DNA of 64,000 nucleotides from Candidatus Marinacidobacterales bacterium (GTDB lineage Bacteria > Acidobacteriota > Vicinamibacteria > Marinacidobacterales > DATDRI01): contig OZ244742.1 of the NCBI GenBank assembly GCA_965219415.1, forward strand, positions 608,001 through 672,000, in the 5' to 3' direction. The notes beneath the pieces were generated by a model. That model saw nothing but the letters and a program-made list of their open reading frames with translations, had not been told where the DNA came from and searched no databases. The translations under genes and the position numbers were made by a program. Shown in pieces: positions 1 through 10,574 of the stretch. The stretch's first letter is position 1. Each line of letters begins with the position of its first letter.

Positions 1-147
1 AACCATCCCAACGCCAACGCCAAGGCGCACCGGATCTTCGCCGATCGCACCTACGAGTACTTAGTAAAGGAGAACCTGCTCCGGAAGAAAAGCGCAGTGA
101 TTCAGTTCTCTCGTGCCAGGCCCAAGATACCGAGGCGATTCTCGTAG
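1..147 (+). CDS. partial CDS (3' end), possibly SGNH/GDSL hydrolase C-terminus
   Basis: Frame 1 reads NHPNANAKAHRIFADRTYEYL..., resembling the HPN..aH..iA motif of SGNH proteins; truncated by the window edge. Confidence 0.3.
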   Translation, partial: NHPNANAKAHRIFADRTYEYLVKENLLRKKSAVIQFSRARPKIPRRFS

Positions 148-1569
148 GCGACGGGGTTGCCCTCGAGATCCGACAGCGGCAGGGGCGGCGACTTCTTGTA
201 GGTCGCGAGCGTAACGACAACCAGGGTGAGCGCGGACAGCGCGGCGGCTATCAAGTCCGCCGGATAGTCGGACTGGACATAGGCGAAGACAATCCACGCT
301 GCCAATCCAACGACAATACTGGCAAGCGCCGCAGGGCCGTTGGCCTTCTTCCAATACAGGCCGGCTGTCAGAGGTGCGAACAGAGACACCAGCAATACGG
401 CCCAAGAGTTCACCATCAGCTCGTAGATATTCTGAAAGTAGAACGCGATCCCCAACGATAGAATCGCGATCGCTATAACCGTCCCGCGGATGAGTCGGAG
501 CAAGTCTCGCTCGCTTGCGTCCTTCTTGAGGAGCTTCACGACATTTTGGCCGAGAAGATACTGGCCGGTGCGAGAAGCGCGCTGTCGGCGGAGCTCATCA
601 GTGCAGAGAGCAACGCACCGACGAAAAGCGCCATCGCAATGGGTGTAGGTACTTCAAACCGAGTGCCGGCAAAATGAGCTCGGGATCGGCAATGTCCTTG
701 ATGACCGTTGCGCCCGCGATCCCGAGAGCGACGGGGATCAATCCGACCGTAAGGTACAGGAGACCAGACAAGTACGCGCTGTTCTGAGCGACCCTTTCGT
801 CCCTGGCACCCAGGGCGCGCTGAAAGAGATCTTGCGCCGGGATGCTCCCGAACCCAATAACGAGCCAGGCCTCGATGTACCAAGTCCAATCTTTGAACGT
901 GCGCTCGGGGAGAAATCGGAAATGCTCGCTACCCAACTGCGTCTCGACCGCACTCCAACCACCCGCATCCTGCAGAACTAGGGGTAGGAGGATGGCGAGC
1001 CCCACGATCAAGACGATCGCTTGAAAAAAATCTGTGATCGCCACCGCCCACATCCCACCCGCTATCGTGTAGGCAACCACGATGGCCGCTCCGACCGCGA
1101 GGGCAAGCGTGGTATCGATGCCGGTCAGCGTGTGCAGTATGTAGCCGAAGGCGACGAACTGCGCGCCCGTCCAACCCACGTACGCCGGTACAAGCGCCAC
1201 GCTAGCAAGAAACTCCGCCCGCGGGCCGTAACGGGTGCGGAAGAAATCGGCAACCGTTAGAAGCTTCATCCGGCGCAGAATGCGGACGTAAAACATGCCG
1301 GCGAGGAAAAGGCAGAGCCCGGCGCCGAAGGGATCTGCGATCGTGGCGAGCACTCCGCTTCCGTACGCCGTACCCGCCGCGCCCATGCACGTCCCGGCTC
1401 CGAACCAGGTCGCGAACAGAATAAAGGTGCAAAGCCATAAGGGTAGGCGGCGTCCGGCGACGATGAAATCGGCGCTATCCTTGACCCGCCGACCGACGAA
1501 CACGCCGACCGCCAGGAGCAGCACGAGGTAGGCGCCACAGCCTAGGAGAACGATCGTTTCGTCAGTCAA
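102..1569 (-). pseudogene. sodium:solute symporter family protein (choline-transporter-like), two frameshifts near 650 and 545
   Basis: DFIVAGRRLP, TWFGAGT, GGMWAVAITDFFQ and ALMSSADSALLA motifs spread over ORFs 598..1806, 536..889 and 102..539; probable TTG start at 1569. Confidence 0.8.
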
Positions 1570-1585
1570 GGAGTTCGGCTCGTCG

Positions 1586-1969
1586 CTACGGTTCCGGCGG
1601 AAGTTCCGTGGAATGCGCCAGCCACAGTTTCCAGCTGCCGTCCTTTTTTTGAAAGACGTCGGTGAAGCTTCCTCGGGAAACCAGCGTCTCACCGTTGGGC
1701 AGACGAACTTGCGCTCGCTGGATACCGACCGCCACTGCGATATTGTCCTGATCTTCGATGCGGATGGACTCGAAACCGATCTCTTCGATTGTGTAGGGAG
1801 CCTCAACGATGTTGTTGACGAACTCCTCCCTCGTCAGGCGTTCTCCACCCGATTGAAGGTGAACGAAGTCCTCGTCGAGGATGGCGTTTAGGGTTTCCGA
1901 GTTGCGGGAGGCGATGGCGCGGAGGATCTCTTCGCTAATGCGAAGAAGCCCTTCGGTCTCGCCCGTCAT
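1586..1969 (-). CDS. NTF2-like / DUF4440 protein
   Basis: 127 aa; LDEDFVHL..GERLTREEF and FTDVFQKKDGSWKL pattern. Confidence 0.75.
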   Translation of the reverse strand: MTGETEGLLRISEEILRAIASRNSETLNAILDEDFVHLQSGGERLTREEFVNNIVEAPYTIEEIGFESIRIEDQDNIAVAVGIQRAQVRLPNGETLVSRGSFTDVFQKKDGSWKLWLAHSTELPPEP

Positions 1970-1992
1970 AGGGGGGCCAGGCGGCTAAGAGG

Positions 1993-2038
1993 TTCGGGGA
2001 CAGGTTATTCAATTCGAGTTAAATAACCTGTCCCCGAA
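1993..2038. repeat. 17-bp perfect inverted repeat (REP-like hairpin)
   Basis: ttcggggacaggttatt (1993-2009) and aataacctgtccccgaa (2022-2038), intergenic. Confidence 0.75.
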
Positions 2039-2044
2039 TTCGAG

Positions 2045-2824
2045 CTAGAAGCCTGGGACCTTACCGGCCTTCTTGTAGCATTGGAAGATGATGTGCAGGC
2101 CAATGGCAATCATTACGAGCCAACCGATCCACCACGTCGATTCGGTGAGTCCGAGGTTGCCACCCGCAAAGTAGGTCGTGTGCTGCCCGATCATACCCCA
2201 CAGCAAGGGCAGTGACAGATACGTATTGTGCTTGGACCGAAGGCCTGCCAACTTCACGAGATCGCCGTCGGGCGCGTTACCCTCCTTGATGGCTCTGATG
2301 ATCTTCTGTTGGGCGGGCCAAATTCGGAACCAGACGTTGAACGCCATCATCGTTCCGAACATGGCACCCGTGTGGATCAGCGTGCCGCGATAGCTGAACC
2401 CGCCGACGTGCACGAAGAGATACACGACGATGGCCAGCAATATGTAAGAAACACCGAACGCGAGCCGCACGTTCTTGGCCAGCGACGTCTTCCACAAGAA
2501 GTCGTAGACGAACACCGCAAGAAACGTGACGACGATCATGATCGCAGCGCCGCTCGTCCAATCACCGGTGGTGGTGTTGTTGGTCATGTAGTAAACGAGC
2601 GCGAGGAGCAAGACACCGGTGATCCAGGTCCAGGCGGCTCCCCATCGGAACCAAAACAGGGCCCGCGGCATGAGCTCGGGAACCACGGTTTTCTTAGTTG
2701 CCCCGTCCAGCTTTGCCGCAAAGGGACCGTTGACCCAATTAAAGAAGTAAAGATGGCCGATCCAAATGATGCCGACGAAGACGTGCATCCATCGAAAGAT
2801 AGCTTCCAAAGCCGAGGAAACCAT
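2045..2824 (-). CDS. puuD: urate hydroxylase PuuD family membrane protein (no cytochrome c domain)
   Basis: RWMHVFVGIIWIGHLYFFN, GTMMAFNVWFRIWPAQQKI and RSKHNTYLSLP motifs; no CxxCH. Confidence 0.7.
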   Translation of the reverse strand: MVSSALEAIFRWMHVFVGIIWIGHLYFFNWVNGPFAAKLDGATKKTVVPELMPRALFWFRWGAAWTWITGVLLLALVYYMTNNTTTGDWTSGAAIMIVVTFLAVFVYDFLWKTSLAKNVRLAFGVSYILLAIVVYLFVHVGGFSYRGTLIHTGAMFGTMMAFNVWFRIWPAQQKIIRAIKEGNAPDGDLVKLAGLRSKHNTYLSLPLLWGMIGQHTTYFAGGNLGLTESTWWIGWLVMIAIGLHIIFQCYKKAGKVPGF

Positions 2825-2969
2825 ATTCGCCCCCTCCCATTCGTATGCGAACACGGCCGACTAGCAATTCCGCTGACCGCCGGCCTGTTGTTGGTTTGAA
2901 GCGCGAGCCTGTCAAGCGGCCGGAGTGTAACACCGCCCCCTGGGATTGTCTATACCGGCCGATTGTGCT

Positions 2970-4088
2970 CTAAACAGGAGGCTTGCTGTCTTCCCCGTAC
3001 CCGGTGAGCTCTACGTACCCTCGTCCCAGCTCTTCTCCGTCCGCCCCGCGAACCGTGACCGCCCCCTCCCAGTAATAGACGCCGCCGGGCAGAGCGCTCT
3101 TATTCTCTTGATCGGAAAATACCGGTTTCACGTCGAGCACCAGCTCCTCCCCCGGAACCGCGATGGTCCAGCGACTGGGATAAAGAGCCCCCGTGTCTTC
3201 GCTCTTCCAGGAATCCCCAATCCGGACGCTCCACTCGCCCGGAGCTAGGTATCGGGCTTCCCCTTCCTCACTAATCAGCGTGGCGTGACGAAAGTCGGCG
3301 GCTCCGTCTTCACGCCGCAGTACGTAGAGCATGACCTCGCGGCCGTCCTCAAGCTGAAGACTGAACCAGTCCCAACCGACCTGGTTTTCAGTAAGCTGTG
3401 ACGAAGAAAACTCCTTGTCCATCCAGCTCTCCCCGCGGACCTCGAAGCTCGCCCCATCGAGGCGGAGTGTCCCTTCCGTAGCCAGTCGGGTGAAGCTGTA
3501 GTAGAGACTCGCGGCTCCGGGCTCATTTCCCTTTCGACTGAAACCGTTGGGCCCTTGCAGCACCAAAGGCTTCGTGGGTTCCGTGCGCAATTCGAACGCG
3601 AAACCCTTTGCATCGTCGGCCATCGTGAAGTCGAACGACCGGCCGTTCCACCGAAGCGTCCACCTGTCGGCAGAGCCCACCGGGCCCCGCACCCAAGCCA
3701 CGAGTGGATTAGGAAACCGGCCGAACCCGCCGAGAAGAGCGACATCCCGATAGAGGAGCTCGCTGAAACGATGCTCTTTCCGGCCCAGATCGGTGATAGC
3801 GGCGTGTCCCATGATGAGGCCGTCGGTGGCCCAATTCGAATCAAGGGCAGGCCGCGCGGTCAGCAGACCGATCCGAAACAACGTGAATTGATAGCCGAAG
3901 CGGCGTTGCGGCTCGGACGTCGTGGCGAGGTGGCCCGTGAAGTACCACCATTCTGTGCGGTACTCCCGATGGGACCAGTGATCCCTCGGAAAAGACCAGG
4001 CGTAGTCAGACTCCGCAAACTTCCAGTCACTCGCGAACAGCAGAGTCGCCGCGACTAACGAAAGCAGGAACGGCAGACCAGCTCTCAA
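2970..4088 (-). CDS. AttH-like lipocalin/CrtC-domain secreted protein
   Basis: FPRDHWSH..YRTEWWYFTG, SLYYSFTRL, WMDKEFSS, GWDWFSLQL, YWEGAV, GYVELTGY; signal peptide; TTG start overlaps the upstream stop. Confidence 0.85.
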   Translation of the reverse strand: MRAGLPFLLSLVAATLLFASDWKFAESDYAWSFPRDHWSHREYRTEWWYFTGHLATTSEPQRRFGYQFTLFRIGLLTARPALDSNWATDGLIMGHAAITDLGRKEHRFSELLYRDVALLGGFGRFPNPLVAWVRGPVGSADRWTLRWNGRSFDFTMADDAKGFAFELRTEPTKPLVLQGPNGFSRKGNEPGAASLYYSFTRLATEGTLRLDGASFEVRGESWMDKEFSSSQLTENQVGWDWFSLQLEDGREVMLYVLRREDGAADFRHATLISEEGEARYLAPGEWSVRIGDSWKSEDTGALYPSRWTIAVPGEELVLDVKPVFSDQENKSALPGGVYYWEGAVTVRGADGEELGRGYVELTGYGEDSKPPV

Positions 4089-6616
4089 ATATCCTCTCTT
4101 CTCAGCTCGGTGGCCGGAGTTCGCGCCGCCCGCAGCGCCGGATAGAGACTGGCCGCGGCCGCGGCGACGAGGATGGCCGCCGCCTGGCTCAACAAGCTTT
4201 CCCACGGCCAATGGAGCGCGATGGTCCAGCCGAAGTACGTCCTGTTAATGATGAAAATCAAGATGAACGCCAAAAGCACGCCCCCGGCTCCGCCCAAGCC
4301 CAAAGCGTAGATGGCCATCCCCACTCCCTTTCCTAGGTATGTCCGAAAGATCTGGTGCCGCTCCGCACCGAGCGCGCGGTAGAGCGCTAGCTCCGAAACG
4401 CGTTCACGCGCCATGACGAGTAGGGTCAGCGTGATACCGCAGACCGCGATCAAAAGACTCATCGCCTGCAGTAACTGTGTGACCGCGAAGGTTTGGTCGA
4501 AAATGCTGAACACTTCTCTGCGGAGGAGCCGATTGCTCCGGATCTCGAGCGGCCGATCGGAGAAGCGAGCCATCAACCCATCGACAGCCTGCTCGGCGTC
4601 GATTCCAGGGTCGAGATAAAGAGCCAAGTTGCTGACTTCTCCCGCGCCGAAGTGTGCTTCCATCGTCGCGAGATCCATGAACGCCGAGCCTCCTTCGGTG
4701 CTGAAATCGTAGTAGACGCCGGCAATGGGAAACTCGACCTCATTGTTCTTTGTATAGAGTGCCAAATGGTCGCCGGTAGAGAGTCCGAACTTCCGTGACA
4801 AAGGCTCACTGATGATCACTGCCCCCTCTTCGCGAACTTCGCCGAGCGCCCGTCCTGGCTCGCCTTCGAGGAGGGAGAAACGGGCCTCGCTGAGCTCGAG
4901 CCCCATGTCGACGCCCTCGAGGGAGATGCGGCGGTCATCGGGATAGGCGGGGGGATAGACGAATAGCTGCCGGAGACGATCGATAGCCCGAACACCCGGG
5001 TGAGAAGCCAAATCCGAAACGAGTTGCCGGTCGAGCGTCGCTTCGATACGGCCGCGCGTCCAAGATTTGCTCGTAATGTAGATATCCGCGCGCAACGTGG
5101 AGTTCACCATGACCTCGAGCGTCTGTCTAAAGCTCCCGACCATCACCGTCACGCCGACCATCATGCACACCGCCACCGCGACCGCGGCAATGGCGAAGGG
5201 CGTCGTCTGCAGCTGTTGCCCGAGCCCTCTCAACCCAAACGCGAAACCGAAGCCCCCGCCTCGAATGTGCCGCGCGCCCTGCTGCACCAGCAACGGTGCG
5301 ATCAAAGGGATCGATAGAACGAGCGCCAGAGCCAAGACGAAACCGCCCGGGCGCCAACCTTCTCCGGCCAGCTGGTAGATCGCTCCGGCGCCGGCGAGAA
5401 GCACCAGACCGCCAAAGAAGAGCGGGAGCGTAGCAGCGCCTATCCGTTCGTGAAGTGTGAACGCCGCCAAGAGGGCACGCGTATCTTTGCGGCTGATGTC
5501 CAGGGCTGGGAAGATCGCCCCCAGGAAGGCTCCCGCGAGACCCACGAAAGTGGCCAATGGAAACAACCAGGCGGGGATCACCAGCGACTCGATCTGCTCG
5601 AGCAGATAGACGTTGGTCAACGTGGCGCTCACTTGGTCGACGTAGGTGACGGCCCCGGCGTAACCCAACGGGATCCCGAGTGCCACCCCGAGTAAGGCCA
5701 GGAAGGCTGTTTCCGCAAGAATCAGACCCAAGAGCTGGCCCCGCGTCGCGCCGAGCGAACGGAGCAATCCGAACCCCACCCTTCGCCGAACGAGCGACGC
5801 CTGCGTGCTCGCAAATACGAGAAAGGCGCCCACCAACAAGCTGATCAGACTCAGGGCAGTGAGATTGAGCCGGAAGGCGCTCAGCAGATTCGCCGCCTGG
5901 TTCTCGCGTTGTGCGGGCGTGAGAATACGCACCGACGGACCGAGTCTCTCTTTGAGCACCGCCGCGACCCGCTCCGGCTCCTCGCTTGCTGTCAGATCGA
6001 TCTGATGAATCTCCCCGACATTGCCGAACAGACTCTGCGCCTGCGCGATGTCCATCACCGCTAGCTTGCGGCTCGCCAGTGGGGTAGCCTTCTTGAAATC
6101 TACAAGGGCCCCGACACGGAGCTCCACCCGGCGCGATCCACTCACGACTTCGAAGCGGTCGCCCACTTTCCAACCTCTCTCCTCCGCGAAATCGGGTGAC
6201 ACCGCGATCCAGCCGCTCTCGCCCAGGGTTGCCGAAAGCTCGCCGGGCGGAGATTTCCACGGCAATTTCAAAGGCGCAAAGAGATCGAAGCCGAGCACGT
6301 CGAGGAAAACCTCTTCCGCTCCCGCGAGTGCTACCTCCAATCGAAAAAGAGGCCACGCGGCGCTGACACCCTTGGTGGATAGGACCGCCGGGTAGATTTC
6401 TTCAGAGAGCGACGGCGTCCGCCCCACGATGCTCAAATCCGCTTCTCCACTGATCGCACGGACGCTTCCCTTGAAGGTGCCCAGAGCGTTGAGGTTGATA
6501 ATTTGTATGGAAAGGACGGAGGCGACGCCCAGCGCGACGCCGAGGAGACTGAGCAGGAAGAGACTCCGCCCGCTGCGGAACTGCGCGAGCAGGTCCCGAA
6601 GGAAGTAGCGGATCAC
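4085..6616 (-). CDS. ABC transporter permease, duplicated FtsX/MacB domains (AttF/G-like)
   Basis: 843 aa; AFRLNLTALSLISLLVGAFL, IFDQTFAVT, INRTYFGWTI. Confidence 0.9.
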   Translation of the reverse strand: MIRYFLRDLLAQFRSGRSLFLLSLLGVALGVASVLSIQIINLNALGTFKGSVRAISGEADLSIVGRTPSLSEEIYPAVLSTKGVSAAWPLFRLEVALAGAEEVFLDVLGFDLFAPLKLPWKSPPGELSATLGESGWIAVSPDFAEERGWKVGDRFEVVSGSRRVELRVGALVDFKKATPLASRKLAVMDIAQAQSLFGNVGEIHQIDLTASEEPERVAAVLKERLGPSVRILTPAQRENQAANLLSAFRLNLTALSLISLLVGAFLVFASTQASLVRRRVGFGLLRSLGATRGQLLGLILAETAFLALLGVALGIPLGYAGAVTYVDQVSATLTNVYLLEQIESLVIPAWLFPLATFVGLAGAFLGAIFPALDISRKDTRALLAAFTLHERIGAATLPLFFGGLVLLAGAGAIYQLAGEGWRPGGFVLALALVLSIPLIAPLLVQQGARHIRGGGFGFAFGLRGLGQQLQTTPFAIAAVAVAVCMMVGVTVMVGSFRQTLEVMVNSTLRADIYITSKSWTRGRIEATLDRQLVSDLASHPGVRAIDRLRQLFVYPPAYPDDRRISLEGVDMGLELSEARFSLLEGEPGRALGEVREEGAVIISEPLSRKFGLSTGDHLALYTKNNEVEFPIAGVYYDFSTEGGSAFMDLATMEAHFGAGEVSNLALYLDPGIDAEQAVDGLMARFSDRPLEIRSNRLLRREVFSIFDQTFAVTQLLQAMSLLIAVCGITLTLLVMARERVSELALYRALGAERHQIFRTYLGKGVGMAIYALGLGGAGGVLLAFILIFIINRTYFGWTIALHWPWESLLSQAAAILVAAAAASLYPALRAARTPATELRREDI

Positions 6617-7296
6617 TCGAGAATGCCGCTGTGAAGCCGCCGGGTCTCGTCGGCGAGGGCGGCGAGCTCCAAGCTGTGAGTGACGTAGAGCAAGGTGCTC
6701 CGCTCATCCTCCACCAGGCGAACCAAGAGCTCCATGACCTTGAACGAATTCTCGTCGTCCAAGTTCCCCGTGGGCTCGTCCGCGAGAAGGAGTCGCGGAC
6801 GACGAAGCAGAGCCCGACAAATCGCCACCCTCTGCATCTCTCCCCCGCTCAGCTTCTGAGCGGGCTCTCCCGCTCGGTCGAGTAGATCGACACGTCGGAG
6901 AAGATCGCGTGCCCGAGCGTCGTTCTCGCTCGGAGAGTCGGCGGCGATCCAGCCCGGCAGCACGACGTTCTCCCAAACAGTGAGGTGCGGAAGGAGATGA
7001 AAGAATTGGAAAACCAGTCCGATCTTTTCCCGCCTGGTAAGCGTGCGCTCGCGCTCGGAGAGCTCGGCCAAGTTGCGCCCGAGGCACAGCACCTCACCTG
7101 CGGTCGGAACATCGATACCTGCCGCCAGATGAAGTAACGTCGACTTTCCGCTTCCGCTCCGGCCGATGATCGCGACCTTCTTCCCCGCCGGCACCTGAAT
7201 GGAGACGTTTTGAAGCGCGTGAAGGACCGTACCGCTCGCTTGCTGGTAGGTTTTCGAGACGTTTTGAAGGACCAGCGCGGGGTAATCGTTATTCAT
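6613..7296 (-). CDS. ABC transporter ATP-binding protein (LolD/AttE-like)
   Basis: GRSGSGKS, LSGGEMQRVA, LLADEPTGNLD; start at 7296 or 7332. Confidence 0.92.
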   Translation of the reverse strand: MNNDYPALVLQNVSKTYQQASGTVLHALQNVSIQVPAGKKVAIIGRSGSGKSTLLHLAAGIDVPTAGEVLCLGRNLAELSERERTLTRREKIGLVFQFFHLLPHLTVWENVVLPGWIAADSPSENDARARDLLRRVDLLDRAGEPAQKLSGGEMQRVAICRALLRRPRLLLADEPTGNLDDENSFKVMELLVRLVEDERSTLLYVTHSLELAALADETRRLHSGILE

Positions 7297-7312
7297 GAAG
7301 GCGGGATCGTTC

Positions 7313-8338
7313 TCACCGAGGGAGCTTGCCATTTCGCGCTGCGACGACCTGTGCCATCACCGCCAGGGCGATCTCCTCCGGCGTTCTGGAACCTATGTCG
7401 AGACCGATGGGAGCCCAGAGCCGGCTGATTTCCACTTTGGACAGTCCGGCCGCGGATAATCGCTTCCGCCGTTTCTCCTGAGTCTTTCGACTACCGAGCG
7501 CTCCAACGTAAAAGGCTTTGCTTCGGAGCGCGGTTTGCAACGCCGGATCGTCCAGCTTCGGATCGTGAGTCAGCGTCGCCACCGCGGTCGAGCGGTTCAG
7601 CCCGATCTCTTCGAGCGCTTCCGACGGCCATTCGGAGATGAGGCGATCGGCGTGCGGAAATCTTTCGTCGTTGCCGAAGACGTCACGAGGATCGACGACC
7701 ACCGTACGGTAACCGAGCGCCTTGGCGAGAGAAGTGAGCCCGATCGCGATATGGACTCCTCCGACCGCGACCATGGTGGGCGGTGGCAGAATGACGTCGA
7801 TGAAGGTCTCGGTGTCGCCCTGTCGGAACCGACGTGGAACCCCCTCGGAAAGCGCGGTCTCAGCCTCCCCGATCACCGTCTCATCGATCACATCCGCAGG
7901 AGCACCGACGACCGTCCCGTCTTCCTCGAGCATGATGGTGTGACCGGTCGCGGCTCCATCTACGATGGTGACTGACGCAATGGCACGATCCTCCTCGAGC
8001 GACTCTTTGATTCGCTGATGCGTTTCGTTTTTAAGAACAGCCACGAAGACTTCGATCTTGCCGCCACACGCCAAGCCAACTTCCCAAGCCATCTCATCAC
8101 TGACGCCGAAGTGCAACAGGCGCGGTTTGCCACTCTTCAATACTTCCGTGCCCGCCTCGACCACCGCCGCCTCGACGCAACCACCGCTTACCGAGCCCGC
8201 AATGCGGGCATCCGACGTCATGGCCATTTTGGCCCCTACTCCGCGCGGCGCGGATCCCCATGTCTGGATCACCGTGGCCAACGCCACTGGCTGCCCCTCG
8301 GCCCTCCAGCGCTCGATATCTTCTAGAACGTCGAACAT
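7313..8338 (-). CDS. XdhC/CoxI family Moco chaperone
   Basis: TWGSAPRGVGA, GSVSGGCVE, GLACGG, THDPKLDD, YVGALGSR, PIGLDIG..TPEEIA. Confidence 0.92.
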   Translation of the reverse strand: MFDVLEDIERWRAEGQPVALATVIQTWGSAPRGVGAKMAMTSDARIAGSVSGGCVEAAVVEAGTEVLKSGKPRLLHFGVSDEMAWEVGLACGGKIEVFVAVLKNETHQRIKESLEEDRAIASVTIVDGAATGHTIMLEEDGTVVGAPADVIDETVIGEAETALSEGVPRRFRQGDTETFIDVILPPPTMVAVGGVHIAIGLTSLAKALGYRTVVVDPRDVFGNDERFPHADRLISEWPSEALEEIGLNRSTAVATLTHDPKLDDPALQTALRSKAFYVGALGSRKTQEKRRKRLSAAGLSKVEISRLWAPIGLDIGSRTPEEIALAVMAQVVAARNGKLPR

Positions 8339-8343
8339 AGGCC

Positions 8344-9573
8344 TCAGCCTACCTTTCTCCGAAGCGAACGACGTCTCGGAGCCTTCCTCCGATCCAAGTT
8401 CGCGAGATGTAGTGCCAGCTCTTCCAAACTGGTCAAGTTATGCACCGGCAGAAAGTCGTCTACATAGGGTAGCGCCGCCTGCATGCCACGCGTCAACGGT
8501 TCGTACTCTGGCGAGCCCAGCAACGGGTTGAGCCAAACCAATCGGTAGCAACTTCGTGAAAGCCTTCCCATTTCTCTCTTGAGCAGCTCCGGATCGCCCC
8601 GATCCCACCCGTCACTGATGAGGAGCACGACCGCGCCGCTCCCCAAGACCCGCCGTGCCCATGTGAAATTGAAATCCTTGAGCGCCTGCCCGATTCTGGT
8701 GCCACCCGACCAATCGCGGACCGACTGCGAGACCTCGCCGAGCGCCCGTTCGATTTCTCGCTCCCTCATCTCTCGGCTGATACACGTCAGTCGAGTACCG
8801 AAAAGGAATGCCTCCACTCTCTGATCGAGTCCTCGCGTGAGGCTGTAGATGAAGTGGAGCAGCAAACGCGTGTACCGCTCCATCGAGCCACTGATGTCTG
8901 CCAAGACGACCAGCGGACGCGGTTTGAACCGAGGCTCCCGTCGTGCCCACTCGACGAACTCTCCACCCCGCTTGAGACTTAGCCGAATCGTCCGCCTCAA
9001 GTCGAGCCGATTCCCAGGCCCCGGCCTTTGACGCCGAGTGCGTCGCTCTCCCAGTTGCCAGATGAGCTCAGACATGAGGCGCTTGATGTTTTCCAACTCT
9101 TCTCCGGATAGATCGGCGAAGTCTCGCTGCCTCAAGACCTCCTGCACACCGTAGGTACGGGTGGTCTCCAAAATCGGGGGCGCATCGTCCGCCGCTCCTT
9201 CACCCTCGTCTTCGTCCGCTTTATGCAACGGCCGCGATGCAACGAGCGGGCGACGACGCGTCTTCTTTACGCCCAGACTCAACTCCACAGTCTTCCACTC
9301 GTCCACCGACTTCTGCCAAAACATCTCGAAGGCCTCGTCGAAGAGTTGGAGGTCCTCTCGTCGATGCACTAAGAGGCTTCGCGCCGCGTGGTAGAAATCG
9401 TCGCGCCGGGCGATGTCGATGTGTTCTAAGGCGTGCACGAGATCCATCATCCGTCCCGGATTGACGTCCAAGCCGAGCCCGCGCAGCAAGCGGCCAAACA
9501 GAATCAGATTGTGAAAGAAGTTGCTCGCCTGAGGCGGGTCTTCCAGTGTTGATGGCGGAATCGATGACACCAT
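8344..9573 (-). CDS. coxE: CoxE-like VWA domain protein
   Basis: DISGSMERY MIDAS motif, WSGGTRIG, ISDGWDRG, WLNPLL. Confidence 0.88.
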   Translation of the reverse strand: MVSSIPPSTLEDPPQASNFFHNLILFGRLLRGLGLDVNPGRMMDLVHALEHIDIARRDDFYHAARSLLVHRREDLQLFDEAFEMFWQKSVDEWKTVELSLGVKKTRRRPLVASRPLHKADEDEGEGAADDAPPILETTRTYGVQEVLRQRDFADLSGEELENIKRLMSELIWQLGERRTRRQRPGPGNRLDLRRTIRLSLKRGGEFVEWARREPRFKPRPLVVLADISGSMERYTRLLLHFIYSLTRGLDQRVEAFLFGTRLTCISREMREREIERALGEVSQSVRDWSGGTRIGQALKDFNFTWARRVLGSGAVVLLISDGWDRGDPELLKREMGRLSRSCYRLVWLNPLLGSPEYEPLTRGMQAALPYVDDFLPVHNLTSLEELALHLANLDRRKAPRRRSLRRKVG

Positions 9574-9592
9574 CGATAGACCTCGGGGCGCG

Positions 9593-10480
9593 CTAGCCAG
9601 TAGCCCGGACGCGGTCCAAAATCGCGTGCGCGTTCTCACCGCTGATCTTCTCTACGTCATCCTGGTACTTGAGTATGACGCCCAGAGTTTCCTCCACGAC
9701 ACTTTCGTCGAGTGCCTTCTGATCGAGCGCGATCAGCGCCTCGGTCCAGTCGAGGGTCTCCGCCACGCCCGGGAACTTGTAAAGATCGGCTCGACGCACC
9801 TCTTGAATGAAATGTGTCACTTGGCGGGCGAGCTGATCCGGTGCATCGGGCAGCTTGGCGCGCACGATCTCGAGCTCCTTTTCGAACGACGGGTAGTCGA
9901 TCCAGAAGTAGAAGCAGCGACGCTTGAGCGCGTCGTGGACCTCTCTGGTGCGGTTGGAGGTGACCGTCACAATCGGGCGATGCGTCGCGGTGATGGTCCC
10001 GATCTCGGGGATAGTGATCTGGTAATCAGAGAGAATCTCAAGCAGGAACGCTTCGAACTCCTCGTCGCCGCGATCGACCTCGTCGACGAGCAGCACCGGG
10101 GCCTTGTCTTGCGAATGGTCGATGGCCCGCAGAAGCGGTCTCTTCAACAGAAACTCGGGACCAAAGAGCTCTGCCTCGTCGGTCTTTTCCTTTCGGGACT
10201 CTGCCAACCGGATGTGCATCATCTGCCGAGAGTAGTTCCACTCGTAGATGGCATGATGCACGTCCAGGCCCTCGTAGCACTGAAGCCGGATGAGCTCGGT
10301 ATCGAGAAGCCGAGCCACCACCTTGGCCACTTCGGTCTTTCCCACGCCCGCCTCGCCCTCCAAAAAAAGTGGGCGCCCGAGCTTGAGGGACAGGTAAATC
10401 GCGGTCGCCAAGCCGCGATCGGCTACATAGAGATGCTCACGGAGGCTGGCTTGAAGATCGTCAATGGATTGAATGTTCAA
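9593..10480 (-). CDS. coxD: CoxD-like MoxR AAA+ ATPase
   Basis: LEGEAGVGKTE, RLQCYEGLD, DEVDR, TSNRTREVHDALKRRC, PGVAETLDW. Confidence 0.9.
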   Translation of the reverse strand: MNIQSIDDLQASLREHLYVADRGLATAIYLSLKLGRPLFLEGEAGVGKTEVAKVVARLLDTELIRLQCYEGLDVHHAIYEWNYSRQMMHIRLAESRKEKTDEAELFGPEFLLKRPLLRAIDHSQDKAPVLLVDEVDRGDEEFEAFLLEILSDYQITIPEIGTITATHRPIVTVTSNRTREVHDALKRRCFYFWIDYPSFEKELEIVRAKLPDAPDQLARQVTHFIQEVRRADLYKFPGVAETLDWTEALIALDQKALDESVVEETLGVILKYQDDVEKISGENAHAILDRVRATG

Positions 10481-10574
10481 GTTCGTCGTCTTCCTTGGGT
10501 GCCCCAGAATAGACGTTCCCCCCGAGACAAATCAAGGCAGGGAGTGAAGCCGAGGGAAAGGTCGATTGGTTTCT

